This document shows, piece after piece, positions 8,953 through 16,192 of a stretch of DNA of 46,589 nt. The DNA is from Bacillota bacterium (lineage in GTDB: Bacteria > Bacillota > Dethiobacteria > DTU022). The position numbers and the translations under genes were made by a program. The DNA lies in the NCBI GenBank assembly GCA_012797095.1, contig JAAZPS010000224.1, positions 1 to 46,589 of the forward strand. The letters run 5' to 3'. The notes beneath the pieces are model-generated. The model did no database searches. It was not told where the DNA came from and was given only the letters and a program-made list of their open reading frames with translations. Position 1 is the stretch's first letter. Each line of letters starts with the position of its first letter.

Positions 8953-10015
8953 CGTGCTCTTCACTTACGCCGGCAATATCCATATCCATACCCTCCATTC
9001 GGACGGCAGCGGCACCATCACCGGGATTGCCGCCGACGCTGCTGCTGCCGGGCTGCGCTATATCATCATCACCGATCACGAGACGCTGGCCGGCCTTCCT
9101 GAAGAAGGGTTTTACCGCGGCGTTGCTGTGTTGGTCGGTGCAGAGCTGAATAAGGAAAGTCATCATTACCTGGCCCTGGGCCTCAAGGAACTTGTCCCCG
9201 GTAGTGAGACCGATCCCCAGCAGATGGTCGACCGGGTCCGCCGGGCCGGCGGGTTCGGTTTTATCGCCCATCCTTTTGAAAAGGGCTCACCGTACATCGA
9301 CGGCGGGAAGGCTTATCCCTGGACCCGCTTTCCGGAGAGCGGCTTTGCCGGTCTGGAGATCTGGAACTATTCATCCTTCTGGCGGGGCCGGGCTACCTCG
9401 ATCCCGAGGACGCTGTACTGGTTTTTCTTTAACCGGAAGGCGGCGGTGGACCGGCCGCCACCGGAGGGGCTTGTTCTCTGGGACCGCTATACCGGCAGCG
9501 GTTTGAGGGTAACCGCCATCGGCAGTTCGGATGCTCATGCCGCCAGGGTCGGGTTGGCCTGCATCCCCGTGGAGATATTTCCCTATCGCTTTCTCTTCCG
9601 CACGATCAATACCTATCTCTGCTTCAGGGAGGCGATGAGCAGCAATTTTGCCGAGGCGAAGAGCCAGATCTACAGCGCTTTGCGCGGGGGACACTGTTTT
9701 ATCTCTTTCGATCAGCTTCATCCGGGCGAAGGTTTTTCCTTCAGCGCTTTCCGGGGTGGCTCCGCTGCTGCAGCAGCGATCATGGGTGAGGAGATCGGCT
9801 GGCAGGAGGGTCTTAACCTGAAGGTACGCGCCCCTACCGGTCGATCTGAAATCCGGATAATCAAAAACGGAACCCTTCTCTGCCGGCACCACGGGCCGGA
9901 ATTGATTTACCCCGTCGAGGGGCCCGGGGTCTACCGCGCCGAGGTTTATTACCGTCCCCTCTGGAGAAAAGCCAGGCCCTGGATCTACGCCAATCCGATC
10001 TATCTCCGCAGTTAA
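8942..10015 (+). CDS. PHP-domain metallohydrolase (CehA/McbA-like)
   Basis: The N-terminal HIHTLHSDGSGT and IIITDHETL are PHP metal-binding motifs. The start is uncertain: TTG 8942 overlaps the mbl stop, and GTG 8954 is an alternative. Confidence 0.75.
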   Translation: MLSSVLFTYAGNIHIHTLHSDGSGTITGIAADAAAAGLRYIIITDHETLAGLPEEGFYRGVAVLVGAELNKESHHYLALGLKELVPGSETDPQQMVDRVRRAGGFGFIAHPFEKGSPYIDGGKAYPWTRFPESGFAGLEIWNYSSFWRGRATSIPRTLYWFFFNRKAAVDRPPPEGLVLWDRYTGSGLRVTAIGSSDAHAARVGLACIPVEIFPYRFLFRTINTYLCFREAMSSNFAEAKSQIYSALRGGHCFISFDQLHPGEGFSFSAFRGGSAAAAAIMGEEIGWQEGLNLKVRAPTGRSEIRIIKNGTLLCRHHGPELIYPVEGPGVYRAEVYYRPLWRKARPWIYANPIYLRS

Positions 10016-10050
10016 TCCGGCCGCCCCGGCCTGCCCCGGCGGTGCGCTCT

Positions 10051-10497
10051 CTACCGGCCGAGCATCAGATAGCCCCCGGCAGCAAGGAGGGCCAGGCCCA
10101 GCCCTTTCCAGAGGGTAAAGGGGATCTTCTCCAGGCCGAAAAGACCGCACTGATCGACGATGAGGGCGGTAACAAGCTGCCCGATGATGATCGCTGTCGT
10201 GGCGTTGGCCACTCCGGCACGGGAGATGCTCACGGTAACCCCGAAGATGATCAATACGCCGAGCACCCCCCCAAGGTAGGTGTACCAGGGAGCATCCTGC
10301 AGCAGGGCAAGGCTGCCTGATCCCAGCCGGAAAAGATAGAGGGCCGCTGCGATCACGGCGATCCCGACGGCATGGACCACGAAGGTGGTCTCGAGCATCC
10401 CGATGATCTTTCCAAGGGCGGTGTTGAGCGAACCCTGCAGGGCCATGGCGATACCGGCAATGGCGGCGATGATCAAGGCAAAGATAGAGCTTTCCAT
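10051..10497 (-). CDS. DMT-superfamily membrane protein, DUF606/YdcZ family
   Basis: This 148-aa protein is entirely hydrophobic with about 5 TM segments (MESSIFALIIAAIAGIAMALQGSLNTALG...), which matches YdcZ-type half-transporters. The SD is GAAGGAAGG on the minus strand. It is the only minus-strand gene I accept. Confidence 0.8.
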   Translation of the reverse strand: MESSIFALIIAAIAGIAMALQGSLNTALGKIIGMLETTFVVHAVGIAVIAAALYLFRLGSGSLALLQDAPWYTYLGGVLGVLIIFGVTVSISRAGVANATTAIIIGQLVTALIVDQCGLFGLEKIPFTLWKGLGLALLAAGGYLMLGR

Positions 10498-10850
10498 GGG
10501 CGGGCCTTCCTTCTGCTTGCTGCATCTATACTTTGCTTCAATCCGGTATAATATTCTTGGTCGGCAGAAGGACGCCGGGAAGAGAAAGCTGGGATATAAG
10601 GAAGGGGCTATTCGGGAAGATTATCAAGGGGGCTTCCATCCGGGAAGGCCGGCCCGTAAGCAGCCGCAGCCCCGTTTCGGCAGTGGTTCACCGGTTGCGG
10701 ACAGTGAAAATATGTTATACGATAATCAGCAGGCAGAAGACGGCAACAGAGGAAAGGACCCGCTGTCTGACGGCGGGTGAAGGAGCGGTACTTGTGGTGG
10801 CGGAGAAGAGCGGCTGAAGGCATGATTACCTTTGCAGGAGGGTTTTAAAG

Positions 10851-11840
10851 ATGATCAAGATAGGGATAAACGGTTTTGGGCGGATCGGACGTTTGACCAT
10901 GCGGGCCTCGCTGGGCAATGAAAAGGTAAAGGTGGTGGCGATCAATGATCTGGTCGATAGCACCACCCTGGCCCATCTGCTGCAGTACGATTCAGTGTAC
11001 GGCAAGCTCGCTCTCCCGGTAAAAGCGGAACCGGAGGGGCTGCGTGTCGGGGAGGATTACGTCAGGGTTTACTCGGAAAGAGAACCCTCGAAAATACCCT
11101 GGAAGGAAAGCGAAGTGGACCTGGTCGTTGAAGCAACGGGCCGTTTTCGCACCCGCGAGAAAGCTGCGGATCATCTGAAAGCGGGGGCTCACCGGGTCGT
11201 CATCACCGCACCCGGCGAGGTGGACTTCATGGTTGTTCTGGGAGTCAACGAGGGGCAGTACAACCCCCGGGAACATTTCATCATCTCCAACGCTTCCTGC
11301 ACGACCAATGCCCTGGCTCCGGTGGTCAAGGTTTTGCACGAAAATTTTGGGCTGCGCAAAGCATTGATGAATACCACACACGCCTATACCAATGATCAGG
11401 TTCTTCTGGACCTGCCCCATCCGGATCTGCGGCGGGCCCGGGCAGCTCTGTCGATGATCCCCACGACAACCGGGGCGGCCAAGGCAGTCGGCCTGGTTAT
11501 TCCCGAACTCAAAGGCAGGGTGGATGGATTTGCCGTGCGGGTACCTTCGGCGAGTGTTTCGCTGGTTGATCTGGTGGCCGAGCTGGAGCAGGAGGTGACC
11601 CCGGCAAAGGTGAATGAAGCCTTCAAAAAAGCAGCCTCGGGCTCCAGGTATCTTGCCTTCAGTGATGAGCCGCTGGTATCGATCGATTACCGGGGCAACG
11701 AGTACTCCTCGACTGTTGACGGTCTGGCGACGATGGTTGTCGGCGGTAATCTTCTGCGGGTGGTCGCCTGGTATGATAATGAATGGGCCTATTCCTGCCG
11801 TGTTGTCGATCTTGCCGCGTTCATCGAGGAGCGCGAATAG
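10851..11840 (+). CDS. gap: type I glyceraldehyde-3-phosphate dehydrogenase
   Basis: The Rossmann start is MIKIGINGFGRIGR, the catalytic SNASCTTNALAP is present, and the C-terminus is WYDNEWAYS. Confidence 0.95.
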   Translation: MIKIGINGFGRIGRLTMRASLGNEKVKVVAINDLVDSTTLAHLLQYDSVYGKLALPVKAEPEGLRVGEDYVRVYSEREPSKIPWKESEVDLVVEATGRFRTREKAADHLKAGAHRVVITAPGEVDFMVVLGVNEGQYNPREHFIISNASCTTNALAPVVKVLHENFGLRKALMNTTHAYTNDQVLLDLPHPDLRRARAALSMIPTTTGAAKAVGLVIPELKGRVDGFAVRVPSASVSLVDLVAELEQEVTPAKVNEAFKKAASGSRYLAFSDEPLVSIDYRGNEYSSTVDGLATMVVGGNLLRVVAWYDNEWAYSCRVVDLAAFIEERE

Positions 11841-11938
11841 GAAGGCAGTAATAGCCGGTCCCGATCATATAATATGATGAAGGAGTTCGGGTTGACTCTC
11901 TTCCATCGATCTGAAGGGCCGCCTTCCGGTGCTTTCAG

Positions 11939-12778
11939 ATGAAAAGGAGCAGAAGTAACGTGATTGATTTGCACAGGCAGAGCGGGCTACCGCTGTTGTG
12001 GGATCCGGAAACAAAGCAGATCGTCTTTGAAGATGAAGCGGCTGGTCACAGTGCGCCGCTCCCCAATATCCGCCGCCGGCAGGAGATGAGCGAGCTTCTC
12101 TACGACGGTCAGGCAGCGGAAATAGATGAACTTTACTATATGTACCGGGGGGTGGCCCTGTCCGGCGATGTGGAGGCAATCAGGCAGAAAGGGCTGCGCT
12201 ACGATATTACCGCAATTGTCCCCGGAACCATCGGTGGGGAATATGTCAAGACTGCGGGGCACTACCATCCGGAGAGAGCGGAAACGGGGCTGACCTATCC
12301 GGAAGTTTACGAAGTGCTGCATGGGAGGGCTCACTACCTGCTGCAGCGTCCTCAACCAGAGCCGCCCGGGGAGCTTGAGTCGGTCATCCTGATCGCGGCG
12401 AAGCCGGGCGACAAGGTGCTGATCCCGCCGCATTTCGGCCATATCACGATCAATCCCGGAGATGATTACCTGATCATGAGCAACTGGGTCTCCCGGGATT
12501 TTTCTTCGCTCTACGAACCGATCCGGGAGGCGGGGGGAGGGGCTTACTTTGAGCTCAGCACCGACGAGGGGCCAGAATTCATCGCCAACCCCGGGTACGG
12601 GGAGCTGCCCCCGCTGCAGCGTTGTCCGGTGACCCCGGTTCCCGAGTTGAATCTGATCACCGGTTTTCCGCTCTACCGCTTGTTTCAGGAAAACCGGGAG
12701 TCCTTTAACTTCTTGCTCTACCCCGAAAATTTCGCCGCTGTTTTTGAAAAATATCTGCAGCAGTTGCTGGATGGCTGA
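11939..12778 (+). CDS. cupin-type glucose-6-phosphate isomerase (archaeal-type PGI family)
   Basis: The cupin metal motifs are TAGHYHP...EVYEVLHG and PPHFGHITINPGDD, matching the T-x-G-H-x-H...E...H pattern of Pyrococcus-type PGI. GTG 11960 is an alternative start. Confidence 0.75.
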   Translation: MKRSRSNVIDLHRQSGLPLLWDPETKQIVFEDEAAGHSAPLPNIRRRQEMSELLYDGQAAEIDELYYMYRGVALSGDVEAIRQKGLRYDITAIVPGTIGGEYVKTAGHYHPERAETGLTYPEVYEVLHGRAHYLLQRPQPEPPGELESVILIAAKPGDKVLIPPHFGHITINPGDDYLIMSNWVSRDFSSLYEPIREAGGGAYFELSTDEGPEFIANPGYGELPPLQRCPVTPVPELNLITGFPLYRLFQENRESFNFLLYPENFAAVFEKYLQQLLDG

Positions 12779-12805
12779 GCACTGCTCGGCTTTATCGAGA
12801 TGAAA

Positions 12806-12837
12806 GGGACCGCTCCCGCCGGCGGTCCTCTTTCTTG
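12806..12837 (+). terminator. intrinsic terminator after the PGI gene
   Basis: GGGACCGC-tcccgccg-GCGGTCCT forms an 8-bp stem with one G-U pair. It is followed by the U-rich CTTTCTT. Confidence 0.55.
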
Positions 12838-12882
12838 ATCGGGGGTGTTTCTGGAAATTAAATACAAGGGGGGTGCTGCTTC

Positions 12883-12909
12883 TTGCCAAGGGCAAGAAGA
12901 TGATATACT
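12883..12909 (+). promoter_or_regulatory. candidate extended -10 promoter of the homocysteine operon
   Basis: The arrangement is TTGCCA-N15-TG-a-TATACT. The -35 lies inside a perfect 9+9 inverted repeat (12879-12899). Confidence 0.35.
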
Positions 12910-12945
12910 CTACGTACAGAGATTCGGAGGAGGTGGCCCGACCCG

Positions 12946-14160
12946 TTGTTCGAGAGGACCTACGAAGAGATCAATCAAAAGATTCGCCGCGGTCAGGCAG
13001 TTGTCCTGACGGCGGAAGAAGTTCTGGAACTGGTTGCAGAAAAAGGGGTTTCCGGTGCGGCTAAAAAGGTTGATGTGGTCACCACAGGCACCTTCGGCCC
13101 GATGTGCTCCTCGGGCCTTTTTTTGAATTTTGGCCATCCCAGGCCGCGGATCAAGATGAGTGAGCTCTACCTGAACGGCGTCCCGGCATACGCCGCCGTG
13201 GCGGCGGTGGATGCTTACCTGGGAGCTACCGCCCTGCCTCCCGGCGATCCGCGGAACCGGAATCATCCGGGAGAATTTATCTACGGGGGCGGTCACGTGA
13301 TCGAAGATCTGGTTGCCGGAAAGGAGATCTTGCTGCAGGCCCGCGGCTACGGGACCGACTGTTACCCCCTGAAAAAGATCGAAACAACCTTTCGCCTTTC
13401 CGAAATCAACGAAGCGATTCTCTACAACCCGCGCAATGCGTACCAGAATTACAGCGTTGCAGTCAACCTGGGCTCAAAGATGCTCTACACCTATATGGGG
13501 ATTCTAAAACCGCGGCTGGGCAATGCTTATTACAGCTCTGCAGGCCAGCTCAGTCCGCTGCTGAACGACCCGCTGTTAAAAACAGTCGGAATTGGCACAC
13601 AGATATTCCTCGGCGGCGGCAGGGGCCGGGTTGCCTGGCACGGGACCCAGCACAATCCGTCGGTGGAAAGAGGGGAAAACGGGGTTCCCCTGGGGGGAGC
13701 GGCAACGCTGGCGGTGATCGGCGATCTTAAACAGATGCACTGGCGCTGGCTCAGGGGCTTGAGCTTTCTCGGTTACGGGGCCACCCTGCAGGTGGGCCTG
13801 GGCATTCCGATTCCCATTCTCAGCGAGGAGATCATGAGCTACTGTGCGGTCAGGGATGAGGAGATCTATTCCCCGGTGATCGATTTCAGCCGGGGTTACC
13901 CGTACAAGGAGGGCGGGGATCTGGGGCTGGTCAGCTATGCCGAGCTGAAAAGCGGCTCGATCAGGATTCGCGACCGTCGGGTGCCGACGGCATCCCTTTC
14001 CAGCTATGTCGGGGCCCGGGAGATCGCCGTTACCCTGAAAAGGTGGATCGCGGCAGGAAAGTTCATTTTGTCGCCTCCGGCGGCGCCGCTGCCCTCCGTG
14101 GAGGCGGGGATCAGGTTGCAACCGCTGCCCCAGCGCGATCCAACATCGGGAGGGATCTAG
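12946..14160 (+). CDS. homocysteine biosynthesis protein, COG1900/DUF39 family (aspartate-semialdehyde sulfurtransferase-like)
   Basis: The N-terminus (KTYEEINQKIRRGQAVVLTAEE...VDVVTTGTFGPMCSSG) is typical of COG1900a proteins. The start is TTG 12946, after the SD GGAGGAGGTG. The stop directly abuts the next ATG (TAG-ATG). Confidence 0.85.
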   Translation: MFERTYEEINQKIRRGQAVVLTAEEVLELVAEKGVSGAAKKVDVVTTGTFGPMCSSGLFLNFGHPRPRIKMSELYLNGVPAYAAVAAVDAYLGATALPPGDPRNRNHPGEFIYGGGHVIEDLVAGKEILLQARGYGTDCYPLKKIETTFRLSEINEAILYNPRNAYQNYSVAVNLGSKMLYTYMGILKPRLGNAYYSSAGQLSPLLNDPLLKTVGIGTQIFLGGGRGRVAWHGTQHNPSVERGENGVPLGGAATLAVIGDLKQMHWRWLRGLSFLGYGATLQVGLGIPIPILSEEIMSYCAVRDEEIYSPVIDFSRGYPYKEGGDLGLVSYAELKSGSIRIRDRRVPTASLSSYVGAREIAVTLKRWIAAGKFILSPPAAPLPSVEAGIRLQPLPQRDPTSGGI

Positions 14161-14583
14161 ATGGTGATCAAACAGAAGCTGGTCTTTCGCTTTCCCCCGG
14201 CTGTAGTCGAACAGCCGATCATCTATCGTCTGGTCAAAGATTTCGACCTCATGGTTAATATCCTGCGGGCGGAGATCAACCCGAAAAAAGAGGGCCGCCT
14301 GATGCTCGAGCTGAGCGGCAGCGAGTCCGGATACCGCGCTGCCATCGACTGGCTCTGCAAAGAGGGTCTGCAGGTGATGAATCTCAAACAGCAGATCTTC
14401 TGGAACGAAGAGCGCTGCACTCAGTGCGGCGCCTGCAGCGTGATCTGCCCTTCCGGCGCACTGGGGTTGAAACGTCCGGAGATGACGGTCCATTTTGAAG
14501 AAGATAAATGTATCGTCTGCGAGCTCTGCTTGAGAGCATGCCCTGCCCGGGCGATGGAGACCCTGATCGAGGATAACGGATGA
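14161..14583 (+). CDS. NIL-domain / 2x[4Fe-4S] ferredoxin partner protein
   Basis: An N-terminal NIL-like domain is followed by two CxxCxxCxxxCP motifs (CTQCGACSVICP and CIVCELCLRACP). This is the architecture of the MA1822-type partner of COG1900. Confidence 0.85.
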   Translation: MVIKQKLVFRFPPAVVEQPIIYRLVKDFDLMVNILRAEINPKKEGRLMLELSGSESGYRAAIDWLCKEGLQVMNLKQQIFWNEERCTQCGACSVICPSGALGLKRPEMTVHFEEDKCIVCELCLRACPARAMETLIEDNG

Positions 14584-15347
14584 GTGCAAGGCGGCTTTAC
14601 CGACATACCGCCGGGAGCAAGCATTTCAAATCCTTCACGGTAACGGTAAAGGAGACCGATCTCTGGATCGCCGTCCCTCCGGACAGCCGCAGCGAGGTGC
14701 TGCCCACCCGGGTCGAGCAGCTGGTCTGGCGGGTCCGGCGAGAGCTGGAAAGATATATCGAATTTCATCCTGATTTTGCCCTGACCAGGGAACCTTACCT
14801 GGTGGAAGGGACTGCCCCGGAGCTGGTGCTACAGATGGCCCGCGCGGGGAACACTGCCGGGGTGGGGCCGATGGCAGCGGTTGCGGGGGCCCTTGCGGAG
14901 ATTGTCGGAAAGCAGCTGCTGCGCCATTGTTCCCAGGTTATTGTCGAAAACGGCGGCGATATCTTCATGAAGGTTGTCGAACGGGCCAGCATAGCGATTC
15001 TTGCCGGAAAATCTCCCCTGAGTAACAAGATCGCCCTTCTTATCGAACCAGGGGGAAACTCCTGCGGCATCTGTACCTCCTCGGGTACGGCCGGCCATGC
15101 CTACAGCGAGGGCCGGGCCGATGCCGCCGTGATCCTTTCCCCTTCCGCCGCCCTGGCCGATGCCGCGGCAACCGCTGTGGCGAACCGGGTGCAGGGCCCT
15201 GCCGATCTTGAGCAGGCGCTCTCGTTTGCCCGGAGTATCGAGGGGGTCACCGGTGCTCTCCTGATCTGCGGCGAAAGGATCGCCCTCTGGGGGCAGATCC
15301 AGATCCAACCCCTGGCACCGGAGCAGCGGCTCAGGCCCGAAAGGTAG
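14580..15347 (+). CDS. UPF0280 / COG2122 ApbE-like protein
   Basis: FTVTVKETDLWIA, AGVGPMAAVAGALAE and VIVENGGDIF are characteristic of the UPF0280 family. An ATGA overlap links it to the preceding gene. Confidence 0.8.
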   Translation: MSARRLYRHTAGSKHFKSFTVTVKETDLWIAVPPDSRSEVLPTRVEQLVWRVRRELERYIEFHPDFALTREPYLVEGTAPELVLQMARAGNTAGVGPMAAVAGALAEIVGKQLLRHCSQVIVENGGDIFMKVVERASIAILAGKSPLSNKIALLIEPGGNSCGICTSSGTAGHAYSEGRADAAVILSPSAALADAAATAVANRVQGPADLEQALSFARSIEGVTGALLICGERIALWGQIQIQPLAPEQRLRPER

Positions 15348-15398
15348 ATCCGGTTTTGCCGGCGGGTTGCCCCTTCCCCATGAACGTGCTGGATCTGC

Positions 15399-15427
15399 TT
15401 GAGTGCGGCGGTACTTTCAGTTATAAT
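15399..15427 (+). promoter_or_regulatory. sigma-A promoter of tRNA-Thr
   Basis: The motif is TTGAGT-N17-TATAAT, ending 15 nt before the tRNA 5' end. Confidence 0.6.
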
Positions 15428-15441
15428 AAAAATGCGCCGAT

Positions 15442-15517
15442 GCCGGCATAGCTCAATCGGTAGAGCAGCTGAATCGTAATCAGCATGTTGGGGGTTCGAG
15501 TCCTCTTGCCGGCTCCA
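15442..15517 (+). tRNA. tRNA-Thr (anticodon CGU), CCA encoded
   Basis: The acceptor stem GCCGGCA/TGCCGGC pairs. The D-loop is AGCTCAATCGGTAGAGC and the T-arm is GGTTCGAGTCC. The anticodon stem-loop is GCTGA-ATCGTAA-TCAGC, and the 3' end is T-CCA. Total length is 76 nt. Confidence 0.95.
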
Positions 15518-15565
15518 GGACGGGGGCGGGCGGCCATTTCGGCCGCCCGCCTCCGTCCAGTTTCC
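15518..15565 (+). terminator. long GC hairpin after the tRNA (probable terminator)
   Basis: GGACGGGGGCGGGCGGCC-atttc-GGCCGCCCGCCTCCGTCC forms an 18-bp stem with one G-U pair. It is followed by AGTTT, so the U tract is short. Confidence 0.55.
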
Positions 15566-15768
15566 GGCCTTTCTGTCAGCTCCCCGCCGCCCGGCAGGAG
15601 ATGGCTGTCTGGATCCAGCCGGTATTTTCCCCCGATCCGGGCGCTTCAACCGGAGCGGTCTCCCTCGAGGAAACCTTGGCCTGGGTACAGCGGATCTTCC
15701 TTTGAGAATAATTATGTCGAAATTGTTCAAAATAAGACATAACTTTACTTGAAGGAGGTTGTCCGCTG

Positions 15769-15936
15769 ATGGGCGATATGTTGGTAACCCTGACGGAGAC
15801 AAGAGAGAATCTGTTAAGGGAATATGTCATCGCTAAAGGTGCCGAGAGGGCAGCTGTTCTGGCCAAAATTCTCGAGATCGAATCGGAGATCGAGGATGAG
15901 AAGAAGAGACGCCAGATTGCACAGCCGCTGGTATAA
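15769..15936 (+). CDS. small hypothetical protein (55 aa), helical and charged
   Basis: It is below the ORF-track cutoff and was hand-translated as MGDMLVTLTETRENLLREYVIAKGAERAAVLAKILEIESEIEDEKKRRQIAQPLV. It has a strong SD GAAGGAGG (15751-15758), an AT-rich upstream region and a clean terminator 35 nt downstream. I recognised no family. Confidence 0.45.
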   Translation: MGDMLVTLTETRENLLREYVIAKGAERAAVLAKILEIESEIEDEKKRRQIAQPLV

Positions 15937-15970
15937 AGAATAAAGAATAGTCGGTCGGAAGTACCCTTCT

Positions 15971-15997
15971 GGCGGGATCGTTCCCGCCACTTTTTTA
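15971..15997 (+). terminator. intrinsic terminator after the small ORF
   Basis: GGCGGGA-tcgt-TCCCGCC is followed by ACTTTTTT. Confidence 0.65.
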
Positions 15998-16125
15998 TGG
16001 GCCGCCTTCCCGGCCCGGGCCGGGGTTGTTCCGGCCGGGCCAGGAAGGAAACAGGGGATGTGGGAGAAGTTGCACCGGGAGCGTCCATGCTCCTTTCGGG
16101 GGGCCGGTAATCAGGGCGGAGCCGT

Positions 16126-16154
16126 TTGCTGCCCAGGTTAATGTATAGTATGAT
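16126..16154 (+). promoter_or_regulatory. sigma-A promoter candidate of the MoxR operon
   Basis: The motif is TTGCTG-N17-TATGAT, about 40 nt upstream of ATG 16193. Confidence 0.45.
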
Positions 16155-16192
16155 TAGTTCGAAAGATCATAATTTTAGGCGGGAGGTTTATT

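Noticed and set aside
10630-10675. SRP (4.5S/scRNA) domain IV-like string: CCGGGAAGG...AAGCAGCC
   Set aside because: In true SRP RNA the CCGGAAGGAAGCAGCC elements are contiguous and form helix 8 with a GGAA loop. Here 9 extra nucleotides interrupt them, and the complementary 5' strand (GGUCAGGUCC-like) is missing.
11874-11942. A 22-codon upstream ORF (MMKEFGLTLFHRSEGPPSGAFR), or a 16-codon version from TTG 11892, ending in an ATGA overlap with the PGI start
   Set aside because: The ATGs lie inside or next to the putative -10 box and have no SD. The TTG version does have AAGGAG 6 nt upstream, but there is no evidence of conservation. I kept it as a curiosity only.
12779-12945. Expected SAM riboswitch or T-box in the homocysteine operon leader. 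The 26154-26402 spacer was likewise checked for THF or cobalamin riboswitch cores.
   Set aside because: I could find no S-box core (CTCTTATCnAGAG...GGTGCCAA), no B12 box (GCCACTG with AGGGAA) and no THF-like core by eye. A covariance-model scan would be needed to be sure.
15101-15802. A 233-aa minus-strand ORF
   Set aside because: It runs straight through the tRNA-Thr gene and its terminator hairpin and through the end of the UPF0280 gene. It is an artefact.
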